Positions 17,606-25,515 of a stretch of 64,000 nt of DNA are shown here, one piece after another; positions within the stretch are counted from its first letter, which is position 1; every line of letters begins with the position of its first letter. The notes under the pieces are model-generated. The model saw nothing but the letters and a program-made list of their open reading frames with translations. It ran no database searches and was not told the DNA's origin. The position numbers and the translations under genes were made by a program. This stretch comes from Sphingomonadaceae bacterium (lineage in GTDB: Bacteria; Pseudomonadota; Alphaproteobacteria; Sphingomonadales; Sphingomonadaceae): contig CANHQT010000010.1 in the NCBI GenBank assembly GCA_947463325.1, positions 962-64,961 of the forward strand. The letters are read 5' to 3'.

Positions 17606-20335
17606 TCAGAATTTCAGCGTCGCGCCGAACGAGAAGCTCCTGCCGATATCGTAGCTGTTGATGATCAACTCACTGCCGTTGAGGCGCTGGCGCTCGACAT
17701 AGTTGGTGCCGCTGAGGTTGCGCGCCTCGAACTTCATTTCGAGCTGCTGGCCGAACAGCGTGACCGCTTCGCGCAGCACCAGATCGACCCTCAGACCCGG
17801 GCGCTCGATGATGTCGGGCGTCAGGTTGGGACCGCGCTGGGTTACGCGCGGGCTGGCATAAGTGACCAGGATCGACTGCTGCGACAGCCGGTCCTCATGC
17901 TCCAGGCTGAGCTGCAGGTTGAGCAGATGATCGGACTGGCCGGTCATCTTCAGGCGCTGGCTGGTATCGAACACCAGGCTGGCGTCGATCGGGTTGGGCT
18001 GGCTGGTGAAGCTGATCGTCGTGTCACCAGGCTGCACGTTGATCCGGCTGTCGGTGTAGCTGTAGTTGGCGATCACCGCGAAGCGGCGTGCTTCGAAGAA
18101 GCTGCCCCAGTCATAGAGCGGGAAATATTTCCGCGCTTCCAGCTCGATGCCGAAAAGTTCCGCCGAAGGGGCGTTGGCAAAGCTGGTGACGAGGCTCGAA
18201 CCCAGATTGACGGCGGTCGCCTCGATCGGGTTTTTGATGTCCTTATAGAAGCCCGCGATCGACAGCTGCTGGTCGCGCCCGAAATACCATTCGTAACGCG
18301 CTTCGATGTTGGTCAGTTCGCTGTCGGTCAGGAACTGGTTGCCGAAGAAAGTGCGCTGCGATTCGGTGTCGCGATAGGGCTGCGGTGCCAGCTCGCGGAA
18401 CTGTGGGCGGGCAATCGTCTTGGACGCGGCCAAACGCAGCTGCATGTCCTCGGCGAAGTTCCAGGTCAGCGTGCCACCCGGCAGCCAGTAATCTTCCTGA
18501 ATGCGCGAAGCGGTGAGCGGCGGTGCGCCGAACAGCGAGCGCGGCGTTACCGTCTGGTCTCCATCTTCATAGCGGACACCGATGTTCAGCGTCAGGCCAT
18601 CAACCAGTTCGGCTTCTGCCATCACATAGCCGGCGTGGGTGACGAGTTCGGCTGCGAACGATGCCGAACCCAGACCGCCGGTGGTTTCGCGCAGCAGCAC
18701 GTTCCAATTATAGGCGTTGAAGTCCGAGAGGAGATAATCGATCCGCTGCTGCGCCACTTCCACCGGCAGTGCGCCTGCGGGGAAATATTCAAAGTCGCGA
18801 CGCAGTGAATCGCGGTCATTGTCATAATAGGCATAGCCGGCAGACAAGGTGATGTCGGTTGCAGTGGGTAAACGCCAAGCGAGGTCAGCCGAGCCCGCCC
18901 AGACGGTGTCGGTCAGCGTGCTGAACGAAACACCAGCATTCTGACCCGGTGAACGCAGATCGTTGACATAGTCGCGCACGGTTTCGTTGAACGCATAGCT
19001 GTAGGTGCGTTCATAAGGGGCGTTGCGCTGCGATTCCGCCCATCCGCCGCGGACGTTCAAAGACACATCGCCGAAACGGAATTCGCCGACTGCCTGCGTG
19101 TCAAACAATTGCCGTTCGAACCAGGCGGTAAGGCCGGTCTGAAGCGTCGCTTCCGGTCGGGTCGTGCTGGGGCTGACGGTATCGAAATTATTGCCGACCG
19201 CCGCCCGCGATTCCTTTAGCGTGTCGCGGATGAAGATGTTGGTGAAACGGAGCTTATGTTCCGCGAAATCGACAACCGTGCTGGCCATCAGATTGGCGAC
19301 CATGCGGTTTTCAGTGACGAGGTAACGGAAGCGGCTGCTTTCCACGAGCGCTTCGTTGGCGCTGCCGGCGGCACCGGTGCGTGTGCCCGCTTCCTGCAAG
19401 CCGCCGCGTGTCCGCCAGCTGTTCGACAGGCCACCGGCAAAAATGACGCCAACAGAGGCGCCGCCGAGGTCGATAGTGTCGCCGAAAGCGATATCGCCGG
19501 ACCAGTTCACGGGCACGTCGCCGCGCTGGATCACCGTGGTCGGTGCGTTGACCAGACTGGCGGTGATGTCCTGAATCTGTCGGCGGGTGAAATTGGCGCC
19601 CTGGACGACACGATTGCCGCTGGCGATGGCGTTGGCGAGCAGGCCGGGGATGTCGCGGGTGCCGTCATCGAAGCCGGTCCAGTCCCAGTCGCCGCCGTAA
19701 TGGAAGTAGCCGACCTCTCCGGTCGTTTCCGTGTCGCCGCCGATCGAGAAGCCAAGGTCGAGGAAGCCTTCTTCGGGAGCCGAGCGGGTGGTGAGGTTGA
19801 TCACCCCGCCGCCGAATTCACCCGGATAGTTGGCCGAAAAGCTTTTCTGCACCACGGTCGATGCGAGGATCGAGGTCGGGAAGAGGTCCAGCGGCACGAC
19901 GCGGCGCAGCGGTTCGGGGCTGGGCAGCGGCAGGCCGTTGAGCAGCGCAAGCGAATAGCGTTCGCCGAGGCCGCGGACATAGACGAACCGCCCGCCGACA
20001 ACGGAAAGGCCGGTCACGCGGCCGAGCGCGCCGGCAATGTCGCCTTCACCGGTGCGCGCGATATCCTCTGCAGACAGCACCGAGACGACTTCGGGTGTCG
20101 CGCGGATCGGGTTGGGGATGAAACGGCCGCGAACGACGATGTCGCCCGTGTCTTCGAAGTCGGCGCCGGGGCCGGAGATTTCGACCTCGTCGCCAGCCGG
20201 ATCGGGTTCGGCCGCTTCGGGCGGGGTCGATTCAGCAGGCGGTGTCGTTGCAGGCGTGCCTTGCGCAAGGGCGGGCGCGGCGGTGAGCGCGGTGCCAGCC
20301 AGCAGCAGGGCAGAGAAAAGGCGGAACTGGGTCAC
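17606..20335 (-). CDS. TonB-dependent outer-membrane receptor
   Basis: 909 aa with a signal peptide, a Pro/Glu-rich linker, a plug domain (VVRGRF...VYVRGLGERYS...LNG) and a C-terminal beta-barrel ending ...GATLKF. Confidence 0.9.
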   Translation of the reverse strand: MTQFRLFSALLLAGTALTAAPALAQGTPATTPPAESTPPEAAEPDPAGDEVEISGPGADFEDTGDIVVRGRFIPNPIRATPEVVSVLSAEDIARTGEGDIAGALGRVTGLSVVGGRFVYVRGLGERYSLALLNGLPLPSPEPLRRVVPLDLFPTSILASTVVQKSFSANYPGEFGGGVINLTTRSAPEEGFLDLGFSIGGDTETTGEVGYFHYGGDWDWTGFDDGTRDIPGLLANAIASGNRVVQGANFTRRQIQDITASLVNAPTTVIQRGDVPVNWSGDIAFGDTIDLGGASVGVIFAGGLSNSWRTRGGLQEAGTRTGAAGSANEALVESSRFRYLVTENRMVANLMASTVVDFAEHKLRFTNIFIRDTLKESRAAVGNNFDTVSPSTTRPEATLQTGLTAWFERQLFDTQAVGEFRFGDVSLNVRGGWAESQRNAPYERTYSYAFNETVRDYVNDLRSPGQNAGVSFSTLTDTVWAGSADLAWRLPTATDITLSAGYAYYDNDRDSLRRDFEYFPAGALPVEVAQQRIDYLLSDFNAYNWNVLLRETTGGLGSASFAAELVTHAGYVMAEAELVDGLTLNIGVRYEDGDQTVTPRSLFGAPPLTASRIQEDYWLPGGTLTWNFAEDMQLRLAASKTIARPQFRELAPQPYRDTESQRTFFGNQFLTDSELTNIEARYEWYFGRDQQLSIAGFYKDIKNPIEATAVNLGSSLVTSFANAPSAELFGIELEARKYFPLYDWGSFFEARRFAVIANYSYTDSRINVQPGDTTISFTSQPNPIDASLVFDTSQRLKMTGQSDHLLNLQLSLEHEDRLSQQSILVTYASPRVTQRGPNLTPDIIERPGLRVDLVLREAVTLFGQQLEMKFEARNLSGTNYVERQRLNGSELIINSYDIGRSFSFGATLKF

Positions 20336-20377
20336 TGGATGTCCCCCGGCAGATATTGTGTGTTGAAAGTGCCAAGC

Positions 20378-20410
20378 GGGGGACGGCGGGCCATGCGGCC
20401 GCCGTCCCCC
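20378..20410 (-). other. intercistronic stem-loop between the lipoprotein gene and the TonB receptor gene
   Basis: GGGGGACGGCGG (20378-20389) pairs perfectly with CCGCCGTCCCCC (20399-20410), with a 9-nt loop and no U-tract. Confidence 0.5.
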
Positions 20411-20434
20411 ATCATGTCAGGGTAGGCGGCCAGA

Positions 20435-21979
20435 TCAGCCGGCGGCGTTGATCGCGGTGCAGCTTGCCTGATCAGCGGCAAGGCCGCAGGTCCAGCCACG
20501 CCACCAATTGTCGTTCGCGTCGCGGACGGCGCCGATATAGGCGACGTTCGAGAAGAAGGCCGACAGGCTGGTCGGGTTGAACGGCGTCACCGCGGTTTCA
20601 GCCGAACCGTTGATGAAGGTCGCGGTCAGCGTCGATGCCGTTGTGCTGCTGTTGTTGGTGCCGCCGCCGAACAGCGATGCCACCGCCGCCGCATCGACAT
20701 CACTGTCGCTGACGAAGGCAGTCGCGCAGTTGAGCAGCACTGAATTGAAGCGCAGCGGGCCGAGTTCATCGATCGTGGCATTAGCGGCCTGAACCGTCGC
20801 TGCCGTATCGATGTCGAGGCACTGGCCCGTCGTGCCGGTTGCGCGGACCACGCCGTTGACCAGCGTGCCATCCATGCCGCCACGCAGGTGGATCGGCGAG
20901 CTGGCGCGCGGCGTCACGAAGGTGAAGTTGGACAGGAGCAGGTTGGTGCGCGGGGTGGCGTCCACCGGCTTGTCGGTCGAATCACCCTCGATCAGCTTGT
21001 CGGCACCGCCGGCGCGCTGGGTAACGATCGCGAACTGGATCGCGCCCTTCCAGCCGGAGTCCATGTCGAGGCTGTCGTCGTCATTACCAGTCAACACCAG
21101 ATAGCGCTGGTTCACGCGGCCGCCGAACCATTCGATCCCGTCGTCCGAGCTGTTGTGGACCTGGACATATTCGAAGATCGTGCCCGAACCCACGCCGGCC
21201 AGCGTGATGCCGTTAAGTTCGTTGTTGGTGTCCACGCGGAAGCCCGGATAGCGGACCTGCAGATAACGGATCGAACCCGATGAATCGCTCGGGTTGGCGC
21301 CGCCATAAATCGAACCGGCGGTTCCTTCGACCGGTGCCTGGCAGGCGTTGGTGCCGCCGGTGGCGCCAGCATCGGCGCAGTCGCCGATCGGCGCACGGCC
21401 GAGGATGACGAGGCCGCCCCATTCACCGATCGATTCGCCGGTCACCGAACCGACGACATTGCTGCGGCTGGTCATGACGACAGGGCGCGAGGCTGAGCCA
21501 TCGACGTTGAGCTGCGAGCCGCGATTGACGACGAGGAAGTCCGCGCCCGAGGCGCCGAAGATGGTGACACCAGCGTCGATGGTCAGCGTGCCGGCCTGCG
21601 CGCCGGCGACCGGATTGTTGACGTCGGGGCCACGGTCATCACCGACCTGGACCTTGCCCGACAGCGAATAGATGGTGCCGGCGAGGTTCTGCAGGCGCAG
21701 CGCGCCGCGGATGGTGCCGGAGATCTGGCAGTTGCGCCGCGTGTCGCTCGTGCTCACCTGAATGGTGCCGCTGTCGACGGTGCCAGTGGGGCAGCTTGCA
21801 GCCGGCGTGCCCGGAGTCGGGGTCGGTGTGGTGGGCGTCGGCGTCGGGGCGGGAGCAGGCGGCAGAACGACCAGATTGCCTTCGCCGGGCGAGGCAATGT
21901 CTTCAGCGCCGCAGGCGGCCAGCGTGAGGGAGGCGACGCCGGCGAGCAGCGCCGTGCGGGCAGAAGCGAAATGTGCCAT
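20435..21979 (-). CDS. lipoprotein of unknown function (lipobox, Pro/Thr linker, probable beta-helix-like body)
   Basis: Signal peptide plus lipobox LTLAAC|G, then PPAPAPTPTPTTPTPTPGTP, then a Gly/Asn/Thr/Val-rich body with an NSSDDGIEWFGG motif. I recognise no family. Confidence 0.75.
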   Translation of the reverse strand: MAHFASARTALLAGVASLTLAACGAEDIASPGEGNLVVLPPAPAPTPTPTTPTPTPGTPAASCPTGTVDSGTIQVSTSDTRRNCQISGTIRGALRLQNLAGTIYSLSGKVQVGDDRGPDVNNPVAGAQAGTLTIDAGVTIFGASGADFLVVNRGSQLNVDGSASRPVVMTSRSNVVGSVTGESIGEWGGLVILGRAPIGDCADAGATGGTNACQAPVEGTAGSIYGGANPSDSSGSIRYLQVRYPGFRVDTNNELNGITLAGVGSGTIFEYVQVHNSSDDGIEWFGGRVNQRYLVLTGNDDDSLDMDSGWKGAIQFAIVTQRAGGADKLIEGDSTDKPVDATPRTNLLLSNFTFVTPRASSPIHLRGGMDGTLVNGVVRATGTTGQCLDIDTAATVQAANATIDELGPLRFNSVLLNCATAFVSDSDVDAAAVASLFGGGTNNSSTTASTLTATFINGSAETAVTPFNPTSLSAFFSNVAYIGAVRDANDNWWRGWTCGLAADQASCTAINAAG

Positions 21980-22088
21980 GAATCAAGGCTCCGGGTAGAT
22001 GTGCGAAAACTCAGACTCGCAGCGCCCGGGGATATGGATCAGCCCCTCACCCCCAGGCGGCTGCCGGGGGAGCGTCTAGGATGGCTTC

Positions 22089-22172
22089 ATGACTCTGCCG
22101 TGCCATTTCAGTGACACCGCGGTTGCATCTGCATGACGCAACAATGACTTATAGATTGCAGTCCTGTGACAC
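22089..22172 (-). promoter_or_regulatory. array of eight 11-bp-phased Pho-box-like half sites (four tandem boxes)
   Basis: Plus-strand pentamers ATGAC, GTGCC, GTGAC, GTTGC, ATGAC, ATGAC, ATTGC, GTGAC start at 22089, 22100, 22111, 22122, 22133, 22144, 22155 and 22166. Confidence 0.5.
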
Positions 22173-22182
22173 AGGCATAGGC

Positions 22183-22219
22183 AAACGGGCCGGATCGCCC
22201 CCCGGCGACCGGCCCGTTT
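22183..22219 (-). terminator. rho-independent-type terminator after the TPR-like gene (A/T-flanked, potentially bidirectional)
   Basis: AAACGGGCCGG / CCGGCCCGTTT form an 11-bp stem, extended by TCGCC/GGCGA. It lies 19 nt downstream of the stop at 22238. Confidence 0.6.
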
Positions 22220-22237
22220 TGCTGGATTGATGGTGGT

Positions 22238-22621
22238 TTAGCGTGCGGCGAGCGCTGGCATCATGCGGCTCAGCGCGCGGCGAGCAACATCACGGCTGTT
22301 CGCCACTTCGCCATTGGCGAGTTCGAGCATCACATCCCGGCGATGGTCGCGCACTGTTTCGAACAGGCGCTGAGCCGATTGGATGCGCCCCGTGCGCATG
22401 TGGATATAGCCAAGATTGATCAGCCGTGCCGGATCATCGGCGGCTATCCCTTGGGCTGATTCGATCTGCACTTCGGCGGTGCGCAGATCATTGTCGCGCA
22501 AAGCATCATAGCCCAGCGAGCCGCGCGCATATCCGATTTCGCCCTGTGCTGTCTGGGCCATGGCTGTGCCGCCAAGGGCTGATGCACCGAGCGCGATGGC
22601 GAGTGTCAAAGCCTTCATCAC
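22238..22621 (-). CDS. small exported TPR-like protein
   Basis: Signal peptide MKALTLAIALGASALGGTAMA|Q and helical repeat-like segments (LINLGYIHMRTGRIQSAQRLFE). The track uses GTG 22621. ATG 22618 is more likely. Confidence 0.7.
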   Translation of the reverse strand: MMKALTLAIALGASALGGTAMAQTAQGEIGYARGSLGYDALRDNDLRTAEVQIESAQGIAADDPARLINLGYIHMRTGRIQSAQRLFETVRDHRRDVMLELANGEVANSRDVARRALSRMMPALAAR

Positions 22622-22652
22622 CCTTCTCCCAATTCCGTGCGTTGGGGGAAGA

Positions 22653-22670
22653 ATGACAGTTTAATGACAT
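22653..22670 (-). promoter_or_regulatory. near-consensus Pho box upstream of the TPR-like gene
   Basis: The minus strand reads ATGTCAT-TAAA-CTGTCAT. Its proximal end is 34 nt from ATG 22618, and GGGAGAAGGG precedes the start codon. Confidence 0.45.
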
Positions 22671-22691
22671 CAATGCAACATTTCTGTCATA

Positions 22692-24311
22692 TTAGCCGGC
22701 AAGCTGGTTCCGGCCGCGCAAAACATGGCGGTTGGCAGTGGTCGCCATTGCTGTTTCAGGGCTGCGTACGCTGTCCCACATCCGCCATTCGCTGCTCGCC
22801 TGATCGGGTGTCAGCGTGACCGCCAGATAGCCGCGCCGTGAAGTATCGACCCAATTGAGTGCCGGGTTGGCGGAGCGCAGCGCGGCAGCCACGGTCGCCG
22901 GCGGGACCGGGAAATAGGATTCGATGCCGGGCGAGGTCACACCGGGTGTTGCAAACTCGACACCGGCAGCGCGCCCGCCATTGTCGAGATCAAAGCCCCA
23001 GCCATTGTGGCTGTCCCCCGTCAGCACGACGAGGTTGGCCCCCGCCGCCTGTGCAGCGCCCAGCAACCTTGCGCGGGCCGCAGGATAGCCATCCCATGCG
23101 TCGAGGTTGAGCGGCAGGCCGACGGAGGCAACCATCGCCGCCGCGCCCGCCCGTCGCCGTACAATCTCCGGCGCATCGGCAGGGATCCAGCTCGAAAGCT
23201 CGCGCGGCGCGTTGAGCCGCCCCATGATCACTTGCTGCGCCACAATCTGCCAGCGGGTCCCGGCGCGGGCGGAACCGGCGATCAGTCCTTCGATCCATGC
23301 TTCCTGCTCGGCGCCCAGCATCGATCGGGCAGTGTCCTGCCAATCGCCATCACGGAACCGCGTGAGTGCCGCGCCCAGCTCCCCGCCGGACAGGCCCGAG
23401 ATCAGCCGCTGGTAATCATGCGGCTGGTCTCGCCCGATGATGCGGGTGTCGGGCAGGGCGATCGTCGCCAGCGTGCCGATCTGGTAGCTGCGCCAGCGCG
23501 CATCGCTGACCGGCATCCATTCCTGCCACGCTTGAAGCGCCGCGCGGCGCCGTGCCATCCAGTCGCCTTCGCTGTCCGGATTGTGGTTTTCCGCGCCGCC
23601 CGACCAGGCATCATTGGCGAACTCATGATCGTCCCACATGGCGATCATCGGCATCTGCTGATGAAGCTGCTGCAACGCCGCATCGCTGCGATAGCTGGCG
23701 TAGCGCAGGCGATAGTCGGCGAGTGCGACCGTAGCGTGCAGTGGCAGCATCTCGCGCCCCGGCAGCGGCCGGTCCGGGTAGGAGCCTTGGGGGTATTCGT
23801 AGATATAGTCGCCGAGGTGGACAGCGAGGTCGATGTCCCCGCGGCGTGCCGCATCGGCATAAGCGTTGAACCAACCAAAGCCGATGTTGGAGCAGGAAAA
23901 GACGCCGAGCCGGAACTGGTCGGCATCGCCTTCGGGCAAAGTGCGGGTCCGCCCGGTGCAGCTCACCGACCCGTCGGGCGCGACGAAGCGGAAATAGTAC
24001 CAGCGCCCCGGCGCAAGGCCATCAACCACAATTTTGGCCGTGTGATCGCGCATCGCCGATGCCGTGACGCTGCTGCCTGCAACGACGCGTGCGAAATCCA
24101 AAGTCTCCGCTATCTCTGCGGTCAGGCGCGCTTCGCCCGAGCTGCTGACGAAGCGTGTCCACAGCAGCACCGAATTTGCCGACGGCTCACCGCTCGCCAC
24201 GCCATGGGTAAAGCCGCGCGCGGCGACGATCTGCGCTGCGCCGGGCACCGCCAGCGCGCCAGTTCCCAATGCAGCGAGCTTGATCAGCAGACGGCGGTCG
24301 ATGGCATTCAT
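22692..24311 (-). CDS. phoD: alkaline phosphatase D (PhoD family), Tat-exported
   Basis: Twin-arginine signal MNAIDRRLLIKLAALGTGALAVPGAAQ and PhoD-like metallophosphatase motifs (GDYIYEY, WDDHEFAND, VVLTGDSHN). Start is ATG 24311. Confidence 0.9.
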   Translation of the reverse strand: MNAIDRRLLIKLAALGTGALAVPGAAQIVAARGFTHGVASGEPSANSVLLWTRFVSSSGEARLTAEIAETLDFARVVAGSSVTASAMRDHTAKIVVDGLAPGRWYYFRFVAPDGSVSCTGRTRTLPEGDADQFRLGVFSCSNIGFGWFNAYADAARRGDIDLAVHLGDYIYEYPQGSYPDRPLPGREMLPLHATVALADYRLRYASYRSDAALQQLHQQMPMIAMWDDHEFANDAWSGGAENHNPDSEGDWMARRRAALQAWQEWMPVSDARWRSYQIGTLATIALPDTRIIGRDQPHDYQRLISGLSGGELGAALTRFRDGDWQDTARSMLGAEQEAWIEGLIAGSARAGTRWQIVAQQVIMGRLNAPRELSSWIPADAPEIVRRRAGAAAMVASVGLPLNLDAWDGYPAARARLLGAAQAAGANLVVLTGDSHNGWGFDLDNGGRAAGVEFATPGVTSPGIESYFPVPPATVAAALRSANPALNWVDTSRRGYLAVTLTPDQASSEWRMWDSVRSPETAMATTANRHVLRGRNQLAG

Positions 24312-24356
24312 GGTTTTTTTCTCCCAGCGCCTGCGGGACAAGCCCGGGCAGAATAG

Positions 24357-25436
24357 TCAGCCCAGCGCACCCAGCGCCAGCAACCCTGCCGCAAACAGCG
24401 TCAATGTCAGCATGGAGAAATTGAGCAGCAGGACAGTCCGCAGCAATGCGCCGAACCGCGAGCTGCGGTAGGCCCCGCGCAGCTGCCGGTACATATGATA
24501 GGGCGGATAGAATAGCAGGATCATCCCGATCCAGCCGCTGGGCACCGCCGCCGCGCTGGCCAGCCGCAGCAGAATGGCGAGCAGCAGCATGAAGGAGATG
24601 GAATAGGTGATGAACACCAGATGGTCGTACATACCGAAGCGGCGGCTGAACGGATAAAGTAGCCACAGGAATGGCGCGGACAGCGGGATCAACGCCCAGG
24701 CGAATTTATAGGCGTTGTTCTGTACCTTATAGAGCAGCAGTGCCGGATTTTCGTTGGCTTTGCTGATCAGAGCGTCGATTTCCGGCACGCCGGTCGCCGC
24801 ATCGGCAATCGTGAAATTGCGTTCGACCTTTCCATCCTCGGTGCGTTCGATGCCAACCATCCGCTCCGCCGCCGCCAAAGTCGCCCGCTTTTGCTCCAGC
24901 TCGGTTTCGATGGCTGCTGTCGGCCGCCCTGCGGCACGCGCCGTCGCCAGTTCCTGCTCGCTTTCGGCAATGGTTTGGGAAAATTCGCGCTCGATCTGAT
25001 TGACCGTCGTTTGCCGGTCGGCGGCGCTCATCGCTTCAAAACCGCCGCTTCCCACACCCATGGCGCTGAACACGGCAAAGGTCATGAACACCGCGAACAG
25101 GAACAGCGCGAGCGGGGAAATGAAGCGCGCCCGCTCGCCATTGATGTAACGCCGCGTCAGCTCGCCCGGGCGCAGGAACAGCATTGGCAGCGTGCGCCAG
25201 GCCTTGCCTTCGAAATGCAGTACGCTGTGCAATATGTCTTGGCCGAACGCGCCGACCGTGCGGTGGACATGCGCTGCTTGTCCGCAGGCCGGGCAGTAAT
25301 GACTATCGAGGAAATGGCCGCAGTTGAGGCAACGATGCTTGTCGTGGCCGCCGCCGCCACTGCCATGACGTTCGACCGCGCTGGCGAGCATTCCGCCCGT
25401 CACTGCATCGCCCAAGGCTTCGATTTCGCCCGCCAT
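24357..25436 (-). CDS. DUF3667-like membrane protein with N-terminal zinc ribbon
   Basis: CLNCGHFLDSHYCPACGQ is followed by RPGELTRRYINGERARFISPL and several TM segments. ATG 25436 is chosen because the track ORF start at 25886 overlaps proA antisense. Confidence 0.75.
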   Translation of the reverse strand: MAGEIEALGDAVTGGMLASAVERHGSGGGGHDKHRCLNCGHFLDSHYCPACGQAAHVHRTVGAFGQDILHSVLHFEGKAWRTLPMLFLRPGELTRRYINGERARFISPLALFLFAVFMTFAVFSAMGVGSGGFEAMSAADRQTTVNQIEREFSQTIAESEQELATARAAGRPTAAIETELEQKRATLAAAERMVGIERTEDGKVERNFTIADAATGVPEIDALISKANENPALLLYKVQNNAYKFAWALIPLSAPFLWLLYPFSRRFGMYDHLVFITYSISFMLLLAILLRLASAAAVPSGWIGMILLFYPPYHMYRQLRGAYRSSRFGALLRTVLLLNFSMLTLTLFAAGLLALGALG

Positions 25437-25444
25437 GGCTCTTG

Positions 25445-25506
25445 GATAGCATTGCCCGCTTTCCGCGCAAGCACTCTGCCTTGCGCGGACATGCACGAAT
25501 GCTATC
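25445..25506. promoter_or_regulatory. nested inverted repeat in the divergent DUF3667/proA intergenic region
   Basis: The outer pair GATAGCATT (25445-25453) / AATGCTATC (25498-25506) encloses CCGCGCAAG (25463-25471) / CTTGCGCGG (25480-25488). Confidence 0.4.
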
Positions 25507-25515
25507 GCTTGGCCC

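Noticed and set aside
21980-22088. A cobalamin or other riboswitch in the 110-nt leader of the lipoprotein/TonB-receptor operon.
   Set aside because: No B12-box-like sequence or other riboswitch core was recognisable. The only structure is a short CCCCCGG...CCTGGGGG hairpin.
5424-25436. The T2SS/Pho block as a genomic island integrated at tRNA-Arg(TCT).
   Set aside because: Base composition looks the same as the flanking core genes. There is no integrase, no partial tRNA direct repeat at the far end, and no mobility genes. Adjacency to the tRNA alone is insufficient.
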